Below, in pieces: positions 1 to 9,215 of a stretch of 23,003 bases of DNA. The translations under genes were made by a program, and so were the position numbers. Every line of letters begins with the position of its first letter. Within the stretch, counting starts at the first letter, position 1. The DNA is from Calditrichaceae bacterium (GTDB lineage Bacteria; Calditrichota; Calditrichia; Calditrichales; JBFXGD01), in assembly GCA_050178385.1 (NCBI GenBank), contig JBFXGD010000042.1, positions 1-23,003 of the forward strand, in the 5' to 3' direction. Under the pieces are notes generated by a model. That model saw nothing but the letters and a program-made list of their open reading frames with translations, did not search any database and was not told where the DNA came from.

Positions 1-2
1 CG

Positions 3-3000
3 GTTGATGGTGTTTCATGGCGAATTCTGATTGAGGATTTTCAGTCGGTTTACAGTCAGTATCTTGTGGGCAAACAGCCCGAACTACCGCGGAAAACAAC
101 ATCATTTAAGTCCTGGGCAGAAAAAGCGAACGGCCATTTCTTATCGGAATTGGCTGACATGGATGCTGATTTCTGGTCGGCACTGCGCGCTAATAACCCA
201 GGTGAACCCGCAATCGATTTTTCAAACGGTGACAACGATGAGAAATCCGTTGAAACCGTGAGTGTATCACTGCATGAGGATGACACGGAATCTCTGCTCA
301 AAAAAGTACCGCCGGTTTACCGTACCCGGATTGATGATATTTTGCTGACTTCCCTTGCGGTCGTGCTGTCTGAATGGACGGGTGAAACTGCCATCACGGT
401 CGATCTGGAAAGTCACGGAAGGGAATCTCTTTTTGATGATGTTGATTTATCCCGTACGGTCGGATGGTTCACAAATATTTATCCCGTATATCTCAATTGC
501 CCTCCTGACACAGCGGAAAAGGGCCGATTGATAAAATCTATTAAAGAGCAACTGCATACCATTCGTTCAAAATCCATGAGCTACGGAATTCTCCGTTATT
601 TAGCGTATGATAATGCAATAGGGAATGACCGGAATCAGTCCCCAAAAATCAGTTTTAACTATCTCGGACAATTCAACCAGCATTCTGAATCAAACGAAAA
701 AAATCTGTTTTTATTGGCGGGAGAAAACCGCGGATCCGAGAGAAGCCCCTCAAATATGCGCTCCCATCTTTTAGATATTACTGCCACCATATCCGGCGGA
801 AGGCTTCAGCTTGAATGGGGTTACAGCAGAAATTTTCATAAAAAATCGACAATCGAACATATCGCGACCCGGTATCTGGCAGTACTTAAAGAGTTAATTA
901 CTCACTGCCTGTCGGCTGCTGCCGGTGGGGTGACCCCATCAGATTTCCCGCTCGCGTCGATCGAACAGTCTTATCTTGACCGAATTTATGAAAAGAACCA
1001 TCTGATTGAAGACATCTATCCCCTTTCGCCCATGCAGCAGGGAATGCTATTTCACTCATTAATGTCCCCGGAAACCGAGGTTTACAGTGAACAACTCAGC
1101 TGCAAATTCACCGGAGAACTGGATATAGAGATGTTCAGACGGGCCTGGCAGAAAGTATCAGAAAGGCATGAAGTTCTTAGAAGCGCGTATATATGGAAAG
1201 GCCTGGACCGTCCTCTTCAGATTGTCTATAAAAAAATAGATATTTCGTTCACCATGCATGACTGGAGCAATACTTCCGCTGATCAACAGAAATCTCTGAC
1301 GCAGGAATTTTTGAGCAGTGAATTGAAAAAAATCACTTCTATGGCCGAAGCGCCTCTAATGCGGATCGGTCTGATAAAACTGGACGAACAGACTCACAAT
1401 TTTGTGTGGAGCCATCATCATCTTCTATTTGACGGTTGGGGCACGCAAATCATATTAAAAGAGATTTTTGAGTATTATGAATCCTTGTCAAAAGAGGAAC
1501 GTGACACCCGGGAACTTTCGACTCCTTATAGTGAGTACATTTCGTGGCTTCAGAAAAGGGATATGGAAGAGGCAAAAACTTTCTGGCAGTCCCGGCTGGA
1601 AGGATTCACTTCCCCGACGCCATTACCGGTTAAAATGCATAATAACGATCTACCCTACGGTTATTCGAAGGAACGCGTATTACTCTCCCCCGGCCTATCT
1701 GAATCTCTGACAAAATTAGCGAAAGACAATCAATTGACGATGTTCACCCTGATCCAGGGCGCGTGGTCATTACTGCTGAACAGGTACAGTGGCGAAGATG
1801 ACGTTGTATTCGGAGCTACCGTTTCGGGACGGCCGGCTGAAATATCCGGAGTGGAATCAATGGTCGGGTTGTTCATCAACACCCTCCCGGTCAGAATCAT
1901 CTTAAATCAATCGGATACTCTGGCTGAATGGCTGCGGAAAATACAGTCTCAGCAGGCCGAATTGAGAGAGTATGAATTCACGCCTCTGGTTGATATCCAG
2001 GGTTGGACTGAAGTGCCACGGGGACTGCCGCTGTTTGAAAGTATCGTAGTATTTGAAAATTTTCCGGTGAATACATCAATGAACCAACATCAGAGCGCTC
2101 TTCAGATAAGTGATATTGAATCATTTGAACGAACAAATTATCCGCTTACAATCGTCGCGTCTCCCGGAGATCATTTAGCCGTTGAGGCGGCATATCAAAA
2201 CCATCTGTTCCGCAAAGAGGTTATCAAACGCATGCTCGGACATCTTGAAACTATATTCGAATCCATTGTTTCCAATCCGGATCAAAAACTTTCAGAAATT
2301 ACGATTTTACCTCCTGCGGAATCTCAGACAATAGTCTCTGAATGGAATCAAACCGGGAAATTATTTCCCGATCAGGTGTCAATCCATCTCTGGTTCGAAG
2401 CTCAGGTTGAAAAAAGCCCTGATGCCATCGCGGTAAAATTCGGCGATTATGAGATAACCTACGCCGATCTCAACGCCAGAGCCAATCAGCTTGGACACTA
2501 TCTGATGCAGCAATCTGTCAAAATCGAAGACCCGGTAGGAATATGTCTTAACCGTTCTGTTGAAATGGTGATCGCCGCGCTTGGTATTCTTAAAGCCGGC
2601 GCCGCCTATGTTCCGATCGATCCGGCATACCCCAGGGAACGAATTTCCTATATGCTTGAAGATGCCAAAGCCGGGATTTTATTGACGGAAAAATCCTTAT
2701 TTACGGACTTGCCACCAAATCATGGTCATATTATTTATATGGATGAAATTTGGGACATAATCAATGACGAAAGCAGCGAAAATATAAATTTGCCTGTTTT
2801 TCCAGAGAACATGGCGTATGTGATTTACACATCCGGATCAACAGGCAAACCCAAAGGCACTATGCTCCACCACGGCGGACTATGCAACACTATCCACTCC
2901 CTGATCGATAAATTCTCATATTCCCCGGAAAGCCGGGTGCTGCAGTTCGCCTCATTCAGTTTTGACGCGTCAGTTGAGGAAATATTTGCCACCATATGTT

Positions 3001-4937
3001 CGGGCGGATGTTTGATTGTCGTCAATAAAGAATCGCTGCTCGCGCCGGCAGAATTTATCAGACTTATAAATTCCGAAAAAATATCTAAAGTGCTGCTTCC
3101 GCCTTCTCTTCTTAGTATTTTACCCGATGATCCCATGCCGTCACTCAGAACAATTGTATCCGGCGGCGAAGCGTGTACACGGGAAATCGCCGCCCGCTGG
3201 TATAAAAACAGAACATTTATTAACGGATACGGGCCCACAGAATCAACAATTGTAGCAGCCTATCATCAGGTAAGTGAATTATCTGAAAGTGATGCCGTTC
3301 CCATTGGCAGACCCATAGACAATATCCGTCTTTATGTCCTTGACCCATATATGAATCCGCTTCCGGTCGGTATACCCGGAGAACTCTATATCGGCGGCCC
3401 CGGACTTGCGCGGGGTTACCTGGACAGACCGGATCTCACAGCGGAGAAGTTTGTGCCAAATCCGTTCGATCAAATCCCCGGCAGCCGGTTGTACCGCACA
3501 GGTGACCTGGTACGCTACCTGGATGGCGGAAATATTGAATATCTGGATCGGATTGACAATCAGATAAAAATCCGTGGTTTCCGTATTGAACTTGGTGAAA
3601 TTGAATCATTACTTAGAAAAGTTCCGGGTGTTACGGATTCTGCGGTGATTGTGCGGGAAGATTCCCCCGGTGATAAACGTATTACGGCATACATAATTAC
3701 AAAAGATAATCCGGAATTTTCAACACAGCAGATAAGAAATAGGCTCAAAAATGATCTGCCTGAATTCATGATTCCCGGAGCATTAATCCGGCTTGAAAAG
3801 TTTCCATTGTTGCCAAACGGTAAAGTTAACAGAAAGGCATTGCCATCACCGGAACTGGAAGAAATCCGGATTGATGAAGATCATATCGCGCCCCGCAGCA
3901 GCATTGAGCTAAAATTGGTTCGGATTTGGCAGGAAATTTTAAATATACCGGTTGTTGGCATCACGGATAATTTCTTTGATCTTGGCGGACATTCTCTTCT
4001 GGCAATCAGGGTCATTGATAAAATTCAGCAGGAATTTGATAGGGAGATTCCTTTGGTGAGCCTTTTTTCCGATCCAACCATTGAAAATTTGGCAAAAATT
4101 CTATCGAAAGAAGTCAAACCGGATAAATTTGATCCGCTTGTGGAGTTAAAGAAAGGCACCGACGACACGCCGGTATTTTTTGTACATCCAACAGGCGGAA
4201 GCGCTCACTGGTACATCCAGCTTGCCGAAATGCTGAAAACACACAGGCCGGTCTATGGAATTCAGGCGCGCGGATTTGATGGCAAACTGGAACTTCATAC
4301 CACTATCGAATCCATGGCATCCTACTATGTGGACGCAATACGACAGCGGCAATCAGAAGGACCGTATTTTCTTGCCGGATGGTCTTTTGGCGTTATTGTG
4401 GCCTTTGAAATGGGCAGACAGCTCATGGAAATGAACCAGAAAGTGGGTTTTCTGGGCATCCTTGATTCCGGTCCGTATATCCCGCACCGGGACGAACCAA
4501 AAGATGACAGCGAACTCCTTCAAAAAATGTTCTCGGCTCATTTTGACCTTGACGCGGATAAGCTCCGTGAAATGGATTATGATGAACAATTGAAATTTGT
4601 ACTAAAAATCGCCAAAAAAGAAAAAGTACTTCCAAGATTTATAAGACAAAATCAGTTTAAACTTTACGTGCATATCAATAAAGTTCAAACTGGCGCCTGG
4701 AGAAAATACAAACCACTTAATTTTAACGGAAAAATTACCCTTTTCAGGGCGGATGACAACAGGGACTATGATGATCTGCCCAATGATTTAGGTTGGAAAA
4801 AATATGCCGGTAAAGGAGTTGATATTATCAACGTACCCGGTGATCATATCACAATGATGATAAAACCAAACGTAAAAATCCTTGCGGAAAAAATCGAAAC
4901 GCTGCTGAATAAAACAAATTCTGACGAAAAACATTAA
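3..4937 (+). CDS. Terminal NRPS, 5'-truncated; domains E - C(DCL) - A - T - TE
   Basis: The frame is open from base 3 (VDGVSWRILIEDF, the E-domain active-site region), so the GTG at 66 is not the true start. E motifs: DDILLTSL, ESHGRE, RTVGWFTNIYP, FNYLGQ, then the TPSDFPL linker (~933). DCL-type C start IEDIYPLSPMQQGMLFH (~1005) and HHHLLFDGW (1413). A motifs: YTSGSTGKPKG (~2826), FDAS (2961), NGYGPTE (3222), GELYIGG, YRTGDL, KIRGFRIELGEIE, NGK (3816). T domain FFDLGGHSL (Ser codon 3993). TE GWSFG (4377) and PGDH. Confidence 0.97.
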   Translation, partial: VDGVSWRILIEDFQSVYSQYLVGKQPELPRKTTSFKSWAEKANGHFLSELADMDADFWSALRANNPGEPAIDFSNGDNDEKSVETVSVSLHEDDTESLLKKVPPVYRTRIDDILLTSLAVVLSEWTGETAITVDLESHGRESLFDDVDLSRTVGWFTNIYPVYLNCPPDTAEKGRLIKSIKEQLHTIRSKSMSYGILRYLAYDNAIGNDRNQSPKISFNYLGQFNQHSESNEKNLFLLAGENRGSERSPSNMRSHLLDITATISGGRLQLEWGYSRNFHKKSTIEHIATRYLAVLKELITHCLSAAAGGVTPSDFPLASIEQSYLDRIYEKNHLIEDIYPLSPMQQGMLFHSLMSPETEVYSEQLSCKFTGELDIEMFRRAWQKVSERHEVLRSAYIWKGLDRPLQIVYKKIDISFTMHDWSNTSADQQKSLTQEFLSSELKKITSMAEAPLMRIGLIKLDEQTHNFVWSHHHLLFDGWGTQIILKEIFEYYESLSKEERDTRELSTPYSEYISWLQKRDMEEAKTFWQSRLEGFTSPTPLPVKMHNNDLPYGYSKERVLLSPGLSESLTKLAKDNQLTMFTLIQGAWSLLLNRYSGEDDVVFGATVSGRPAEISGVESMVGLFINTLPVRIILNQSDTLAEWLRKIQSQQAELREYEFTPLVDIQGWTEVPRGLPLFESIVVFENFPVNTSMNQHQSALQISDIESFERTNYPLTIVASPGDHLAVEAAYQNHLFRKEVIKRMLGHLETIFESIVSNPDQKLSEITILPPAESQTIVSEWNQTGKLFPDQVSIHLWFEAQVEKSPDAIAVKFGDYEITYADLNARANQLGHYLMQQSVKIEDPVGICLNRSVEMVIAALGILKAGAAYVPIDPAYPRERISYMLEDAKAGILLTEKSLFTDLPPNHGHIIYMDEIWDIINDESSENINLPVFPENMAYVIYTSGSTGKPKGTMLHHGGLCNTIHSLIDKFSYSPESRVLQFASFSFDASVEEIFATICSGGCLIVVNKESLLAPAEFIRLINSEKISKVLLPPSLLSILPDDPMPSLRTIVSGGEACTREIAARWYKNRTFINGYGPTESTIVAAYHQVSELSESDAVPIGRPIDNIRLYVLDPYMNPLPVGIPGELYIGGPGLARGYLDRPDLTAEKFVPNPFDQIPGSRLYRTGDLVRYLDGGNIEYLDRIDNQIKIRGFRIELGEIESLLRKVPGVTDSAVIVREDSPGDKRITAYIITKDNPEFSTQQIRNRLKNDLPEFMIPGALIRLEKFPLLPNGKVNRKALPSPELEEIRIDEDHIAPRSSIELKLVRIWQEILNIPVVGITDNFFDLGGHSLLAIRVIDKIQQEFDREIPLVSLFSDPTIENLAKILSKEVKPDKFDPLVELKKGTDDTPVFFVHPTGGSAHWYIQLAEMLKTHRPVYGIQARGFDGKLELHTTIESMASYYVDAIRQRQSEGPYFLAGWSFGVIVAFEMGRQLMEMNQKVGFLGILDSGPYIPHRDEPKDDSELLQKMFSAHFDLDADKLREMDYDEQLKFVLKIAKKEKVLPRFIRQNQFKLYVHINKVQTGAWRKYKPLNFNGKITLFRADDNRDYDDLPNDLGWKKYAGKGVDIINVPGDHITMMIKPNVKILAEKIETLLNKTNSDEKH

Positions 4938-4947
4938 AGGCGGAAAA

Positions 4948-6285
4948 TTGGAAAAGCCTGTAAAACTGACAAATAAAAATTTCATGCTGCTCTGGCAGGG
5001 ACAGTTTGTAAGCAAACTGGGAACGCACATCTATCTGATTGCCATGGTATGGTGGATGAAAAACGCTTTTGAATCGGCCACGCTGATCGGTTTACTTTGG
5101 ACATCCGCCGCCGTGCCGGTTGTTCTTTTCAGCGCCATCGGAGGCGTGTTTGCAGACCGGTATTCGAGGCGCAATATTATTATTTTCAGCGATTTGATCA
5201 ATGGATTGGCAACCCTCAGTCTGGCCGCGGTTATGTTTACCACGCCGGACGCGACGATATTAATCGCTGTCTGGTTATTCTGTATTACCATTTTAGCTTC
5301 AACAGTAAACTCATTTTTCGGCCCAGCCATTTCGGCTTCAATTCCGGATCTTGTTCCAGAAGAAAAATTGTCAGCGGCCAACTCCATGTCGCAGTTCGCG
5401 GAGCAGGTATCTCTTTTTATCGGCCAGGGAATCGGGAGTACACTGTTTAAAATACTAGGCGCCCCTATTGTTGTATTGATTGACGGCATCAGCTATATAT
5501 TTTCGGCCATCAGTGAAATATTTATAAAAATACCGCAGGTTTTTCCTGAAAAAGAAAAAGATTTAAAAAGTCAATATCAGTCGTTCAAAAATGACTTGTG
5601 GGAAGGAATTGTTTACATTAAGGAGAACACCGGACTAAAAATGCTCCTTTTTGTTTCAATTTTTATCAATTTTTTTACAATGCCGGTTATTGTCCTTCTC
5701 CCTTTTTATGTTGATAATTTTTTAAAGGTTTCGGTTGACTGGTATAGCTTCTTCCTTGCTTCGCACGGGATCGGAATATTATTCGGCTACATATCTGTCG
5801 GGATTTTCAATCTTCACGGAAAAGTACGTTCCAAGATGTTTATTATCTTTACAATTATTGAATCCGGCGGGTATGGCATATTGGGATTGGTAACCTCCGC
5901 GCCTCTTGCGGTTTTTCTTGCTTTTATTGGCGGAATGTTTAACGGATTCATTATGGTTACCATTATTACGATTTTACAATTATCCACGCCAAGCGCGATC
6001 AGAGGCAGAGTATTCGGTGTACTCACTACTCTCTCAGGCAGTATCGCGCCGATCGGTATGCTTCTCGGCGGTTTGGCCGGGGATCTGACAGGTCAGAATA
6101 TTCCGCTTATTTATATGTTTTGCGGTGTGATAATGGCGGTCTTGTCAATATTAATTTCATTCAGCAGACCTTACCGGAAATTCCTTGCTTTTGAACCAAA
6201 AACAAAACTCGCTCCTGAAGGATTTACGTATAAAATAAAAATCTGGGGCCATGATGAAGCATCTTATATTGATATAAACAAATAA
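4948..6285 (+). CDS. MFS transporter (macrolide-efflux/EntS-like), probable exporter of the NRPS product
   Basis: About 12 hydrophobic segments; NKNFMLLWQGQFVSKLG start; motif A GVFADRYSRR; LQLSTPSAIRGRVFG. TTG start 10 bp after the NRPS stop, preceded by AAGGCGG. Confidence 0.92.
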   Translation: MEKPVKLTNKNFMLLWQGQFVSKLGTHIYLIAMVWWMKNAFESATLIGLLWTSAAVPVVLFSAIGGVFADRYSRRNIIIFSDLINGLATLSLAAVMFTTPDATILIAVWLFCITILASTVNSFFGPAISASIPDLVPEEKLSAANSMSQFAEQVSLFIGQGIGSTLFKILGAPIVVLIDGISYIFSAISEIFIKIPQVFPEKEKDLKSQYQSFKNDLWEGIVYIKENTGLKMLLFVSIFINFFTMPVIVLLPFYVDNFLKVSVDWYSFFLASHGIGILFGYISVGIFNLHGKVRSKMFIIFTIIESGGYGILGLVTSAPLAVFLAFIGGMFNGFIMVTIITILQLSTPSAIRGRVFGVLTTLSGSIAPIGMLLGGLAGDLTGQNIPLIYMFCGVIMAVLSILISFSRPYRKFLAFEPKTKLAPEGFTYKIKIWGHDEASYIDINK

Positions 6286-6299
6286 CTTAGGAGGTAGAG

Positions 6300-6530
6300 A
6301 TGAGTGCTGATGAACGCGATGACAAAACAATTTACAAGGTCGTTTTGAATCATGAAGAACAATATTCAATCTGGCCGGCAGACCGTGAAAATCCGCTTGG
6401 CTGGCGTGACGCGGGTAAAAACGGTACAAAAGATGAATGCCTGGCCTATATCAATGAAGTGTGGACGGATATGCGTCCGCTGAGTTTGCGAAAAAAAATG
6501 GAAGAAATGGAGAAAACAAAAAAGAAATGA
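6300..6530 (+). CDS. mbtH: MbtH-like NRPS adenylation accessory protein
   Basis: Signature [13 protein letters not shown]...PLGW...[18 protein letters not shown] with the three conserved Trp; strong AGGAGG RBS. Confidence 0.97.
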   Translation: MSADERDDKTIYKVVLNHEEQYSIWPADRENPLGWRDAGKNGTKDECLAYINEVWTDMRPLSLRKKMEEMEKTKKK

Positions 6531-6590
6531 TAATCAATACCGCTCGCTCGACAGTAATTCATTTATGTGCAACAAATTATCAGGATTATT

Positions 6591-7391
6591 ATGAATAAAA
6601 TGCAAATGCCATTTGTGAGCCGTCAAAAATCGACCATTGTAATCCCAAAACCGGCAAAAAACGCCAAAATCAAGTTGTTTTGCCTTCCATTCGCGGGAGG
6701 CAGCAGCGCCGTTTTCCGGTCCTGGCCGAAACACATGCCCGATACTGTCGAAGTCTGCGCAGTGGAAATACCGGGCAGAGGACAGCGTATCAACGAACCT
6801 CTACGGGGAAGGATTGAAACGCTTGTCGCTGAATTATCACCGGAAATTAAAAACAGCATTGACCGGCCATTCGCCATATTTGGGCATAGTTTGGGCGCTA
6901 TTATTGGATTTGAAATTGCGCATCATCTCAAAATCAACTATGGTCTCAAACCTGTGCATCTGTTTCTATCCGGAACAAAAGCTCCGCAATTACAATCCGA
7001 TAAGAAGCTAATTTATAATCTTCCCGATGCTGAATTTCTGGCTGAGATAAAAAAACTTAACGGAACTCCCGCTGAGGTATTTGAACATCAGGATCTGCTC
7101 AAATTGATAATTCCCATTCTACGGGCCGATTTTAAACTGTGTGAAACCTACAGTTATGAAGCAAGAATTCCGCTTGACTGCCCGATTTCGGTTTTAGGTG
7201 GGTTACAGGATCCGCATCTCGATAAAAAAATGCTTGAGTCATGGAGTACGCAAACAAACGGGCCATTTTTTCTTAGAATGTTTCCGGGGGATCATTTTTA
7301 TTTAAATGATCATCAACAGATTCTTCTCAGTACAATAACCAGAGACATTAATGCTCATTTTAACTTAAATCTATTCCAAAGGCGTATCTAA
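6591..7391 (+). CDS. Type II (editing) thioesterase, GrsT/SrfAD family
   Basis: LFCLPFAGGS, GHSLG nucleophile motif, PILRADF, GDHFYL. The ATG at 6591 (AGGA upstream) is preferred over the GTG at 6567. Confidence 0.94.
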   Translation: MNKMQMPFVSRQKSTIVIPKPAKNAKIKLFCLPFAGGSSAVFRSWPKHMPDTVEVCAVEIPGRGQRINEPLRGRIETLVAELSPEIKNSIDRPFAIFGHSLGAIIGFEIAHHLKINYGLKPVHLFLSGTKAPQLQSDKKLIYNLPDAEFLAEIKKLNGTPAEVFEHQDLLKLIIPILRADFKLCETYSYEARIPLDCPISVLGGLQDPHLDKKMLESWSTQTNGPFFLRMFPGDHFYLNDHQQILLSTITRDINAHFNLNLFQRRI

Positions 7392-8122
7392 TGAATTTAA
7401 CTACATGGAAAAATTATTGTGAGCAGACTTTAATCGTTGATGGAGATGTTAAGGTCTGGCGCATAAAATTAAACATCCAGGATAAAGTAATTGCGATGTT
7501 TGAAAACCTGCTCTCCCCTGATGAACTCAACCGAGCTAATCGCTTTATGTTCGAAAAAGACCGTATTCACTTTATCGCCTGCCGCGGTCAGCTGAGAATA
7601 TTGCTCGCTCAATCTACGGGAATGAATCCGGGAAAATTGCAATTTGGATATAATCAGTATGGTAAGCCTTATCTGATTTTCCCTGTGCCCGGCCCTTACT
7701 TTAATGTATCACATTCTAACAATCTGGCCCTGGTGGCAATTTCCAATGATTTTCAGCTCGGAATTGATATTGAATTTATGAAATTAAATACCGATCAACT
7801 TCAAATCGCCAGAAATTTTTTCTCTGAACAGGAATATAAACAGCTCATTAATTTACCACAGAATCTGCACAAAGAAGCCTTCTATAATTGCTGGACCAGG
7901 AAAGAAGCGTATATAAAAGCATGCGGCAAAGGGCTCTCTATTCCACTTAATGAATTTGATGTAACTCTAAAGCCCGGAGAACTCGCCAAGATCATTGAGT
8001 GCCGGCATGATCCGTCATCTGTGTACAATTGGCAACTGGACTCTCTTGCGGTGCCCAACGGTTATATCGCGGCGTTGGCGGTAAATGCGAGATCATATGA
8101 ATTCCGTTTAACGGGATCATAG
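7391..8122 (+). CDS. Sfp-type 4'-phosphopantetheinyl transferase
   Basis: LLSPDELNRANRF, YGKP, FNVSHS, LGIDIE, WTRKEAYIKACGKGL; TAATG overlap with the TEII stop. Confidence 0.95.
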   Translation: MNLTTWKNYCEQTLIVDGDVKVWRIKLNIQDKVIAMFENLLSPDELNRANRFMFEKDRIHFIACRGQLRILLAQSTGMNPGKLQFGYNQYGKPYLIFPVPGPYFNVSHSNNLALVAISNDFQLGIDIEFMKLNTDQLQIARNFFSEQEYKQLINLPQNLHKEAFYNCWTRKEAYIKACGKGLSIPLNEFDVTLKPGELAKIIECRHDPSSVYNWQLDSLAVPNGYIAALAVNARSYEFRLTGS

Positions 8123-8123
8123 A

Positions 8124-8142
8124 CCGGGAATATATTTTCCGG
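8124..8142 (+). terminator. Weak hairpin after the PPTase, possible end of the NRPS transcript
   Basis: CCGGGAA-TATAT-TTTCCGG (7-bp stem with one G-U pair); no clear U-tract follows. Confidence 0.3.
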
Positions 8143-8229
8143 CATTAATTGAAAAATTACTGATCAATTAACATGATTGATCGTTTAACTGATACATTCA
8201 TTTTGTGGGACCATCTGGTTATGAGAAAT

Positions 8230-9204
8230 ATGAAAAAAATATTTCTGGTTCTGACTTTAACCTTATTAGCCTGCGATGCTCCACGACAGAATCCTCTTGA
8301 TCCAGGCGCGGATAATTATCTTCGGCAATCGCTGACAGAGATAAAAGTACAGCGGCTTTATCCTCCTAATCCGGTTTTAAAAGATGTGGTAGTAACAGAG
8401 GATAAACTCGGTTTTTACGGAAAAACCGGTTCCGAAGGCATCGTACAATGGTATCACCCGCCTTCCGACTCTATTCATCTAGCGATATTCAGAGACGGTT
8501 ATTATACACAAACCGGCTCATACCCAGGTTCAGATGATTATATGTTGATAAACATCTATCTGAACGCCATGCCGGTTATCTCAAACGTTTCGCTTTATTC
8601 GGTTTACAATAACACAGACAGTAAAACATATATCGTTGCGGAAGCACTGGTAACTGATCCTGACGGAATGACGGATATCGATGATATTTATATCGATGTA
8701 CCGGAAAAGAACTTTAAAATTTCTATCCCGCATGTCGCGGAATCCGATGATATGTACTCGGTTAAAATCAAATCGGATGATATCTCTTTAGGGCTGACAC
8801 CTGAAACGATTCCGGAATTGAATTTCGGACTGACCGTCAGAAATCTTAACGGAGACAGTCTGCAATCCCTCGGTTACAATATCCGCAGAGTAATCAATAA
8901 AACCCTGACCTTAAAATTACCGAATGTGGACCGCCCGGAATCCGGTGATATTCGCTTTACCTGGACAAAACTTGATTTACCATATACGCATCATTATAGA
9001 ATTATTCTTTTCAGACTCCAGAATCCTGTTATAAAAATTGGCACTTTTGACGAAATACAATCCGATAATGACCAGTATATTTTAAATGATCCCGTGATCC
9101 TGGCCGGTATAACGGATGGATGGTATCTCTGGACACTGGAAGTTGAAGATCAGATCGGCAATATTTGTCAGTCACAGGCTGTTAGTTTTCAATATTTTAA
9201 ATAG
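8230..9204 (+). CDS. Uncharacterised lipoprotein, beta-rich (Ig/FN3-like segments suspected)
   Basis: MKKIFLVLTLTLLA-C is a signal peptide II with lipobox (Cys codon 8272), followed by DAPRQNPLDP. Start set at the ATG at 8230 rather than 8173, from the signal peptide geometry. Confidence 0.8.
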   Translation: MKKIFLVLTLTLLACDAPRQNPLDPGADNYLRQSLTEIKVQRLYPPNPVLKDVVVTEDKLGFYGKTGSEGIVQWYHPPSDSIHLAIFRDGYYTQTGSYPGSDDYMLINIYLNAMPVISNVSLYSVYNNTDSKTYIVAEALVTDPDGMTDIDDIYIDVPEKNFKISIPHVAESDDMYSVKIKSDDISLGLTPETIPELNFGLTVRNLNGDSLQSLGYNIRRVINKTLTLKLPNVDRPESGDIRFTWTKLDLPYTHHYRIILFRLQNPVIKIGTFDEIQSDNDQYILNDPVILAGITDGWYLWTLEVEDQIGNICQSQAVSFQYFK

Positions 9205-9215
9205 GGGCGCGACTC

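Noticed and set aside
9039..9053. TGGCAC inside the lipoprotein gene as a second sigma54 promoter
   Set aside because: No TTGC at the -12 position.
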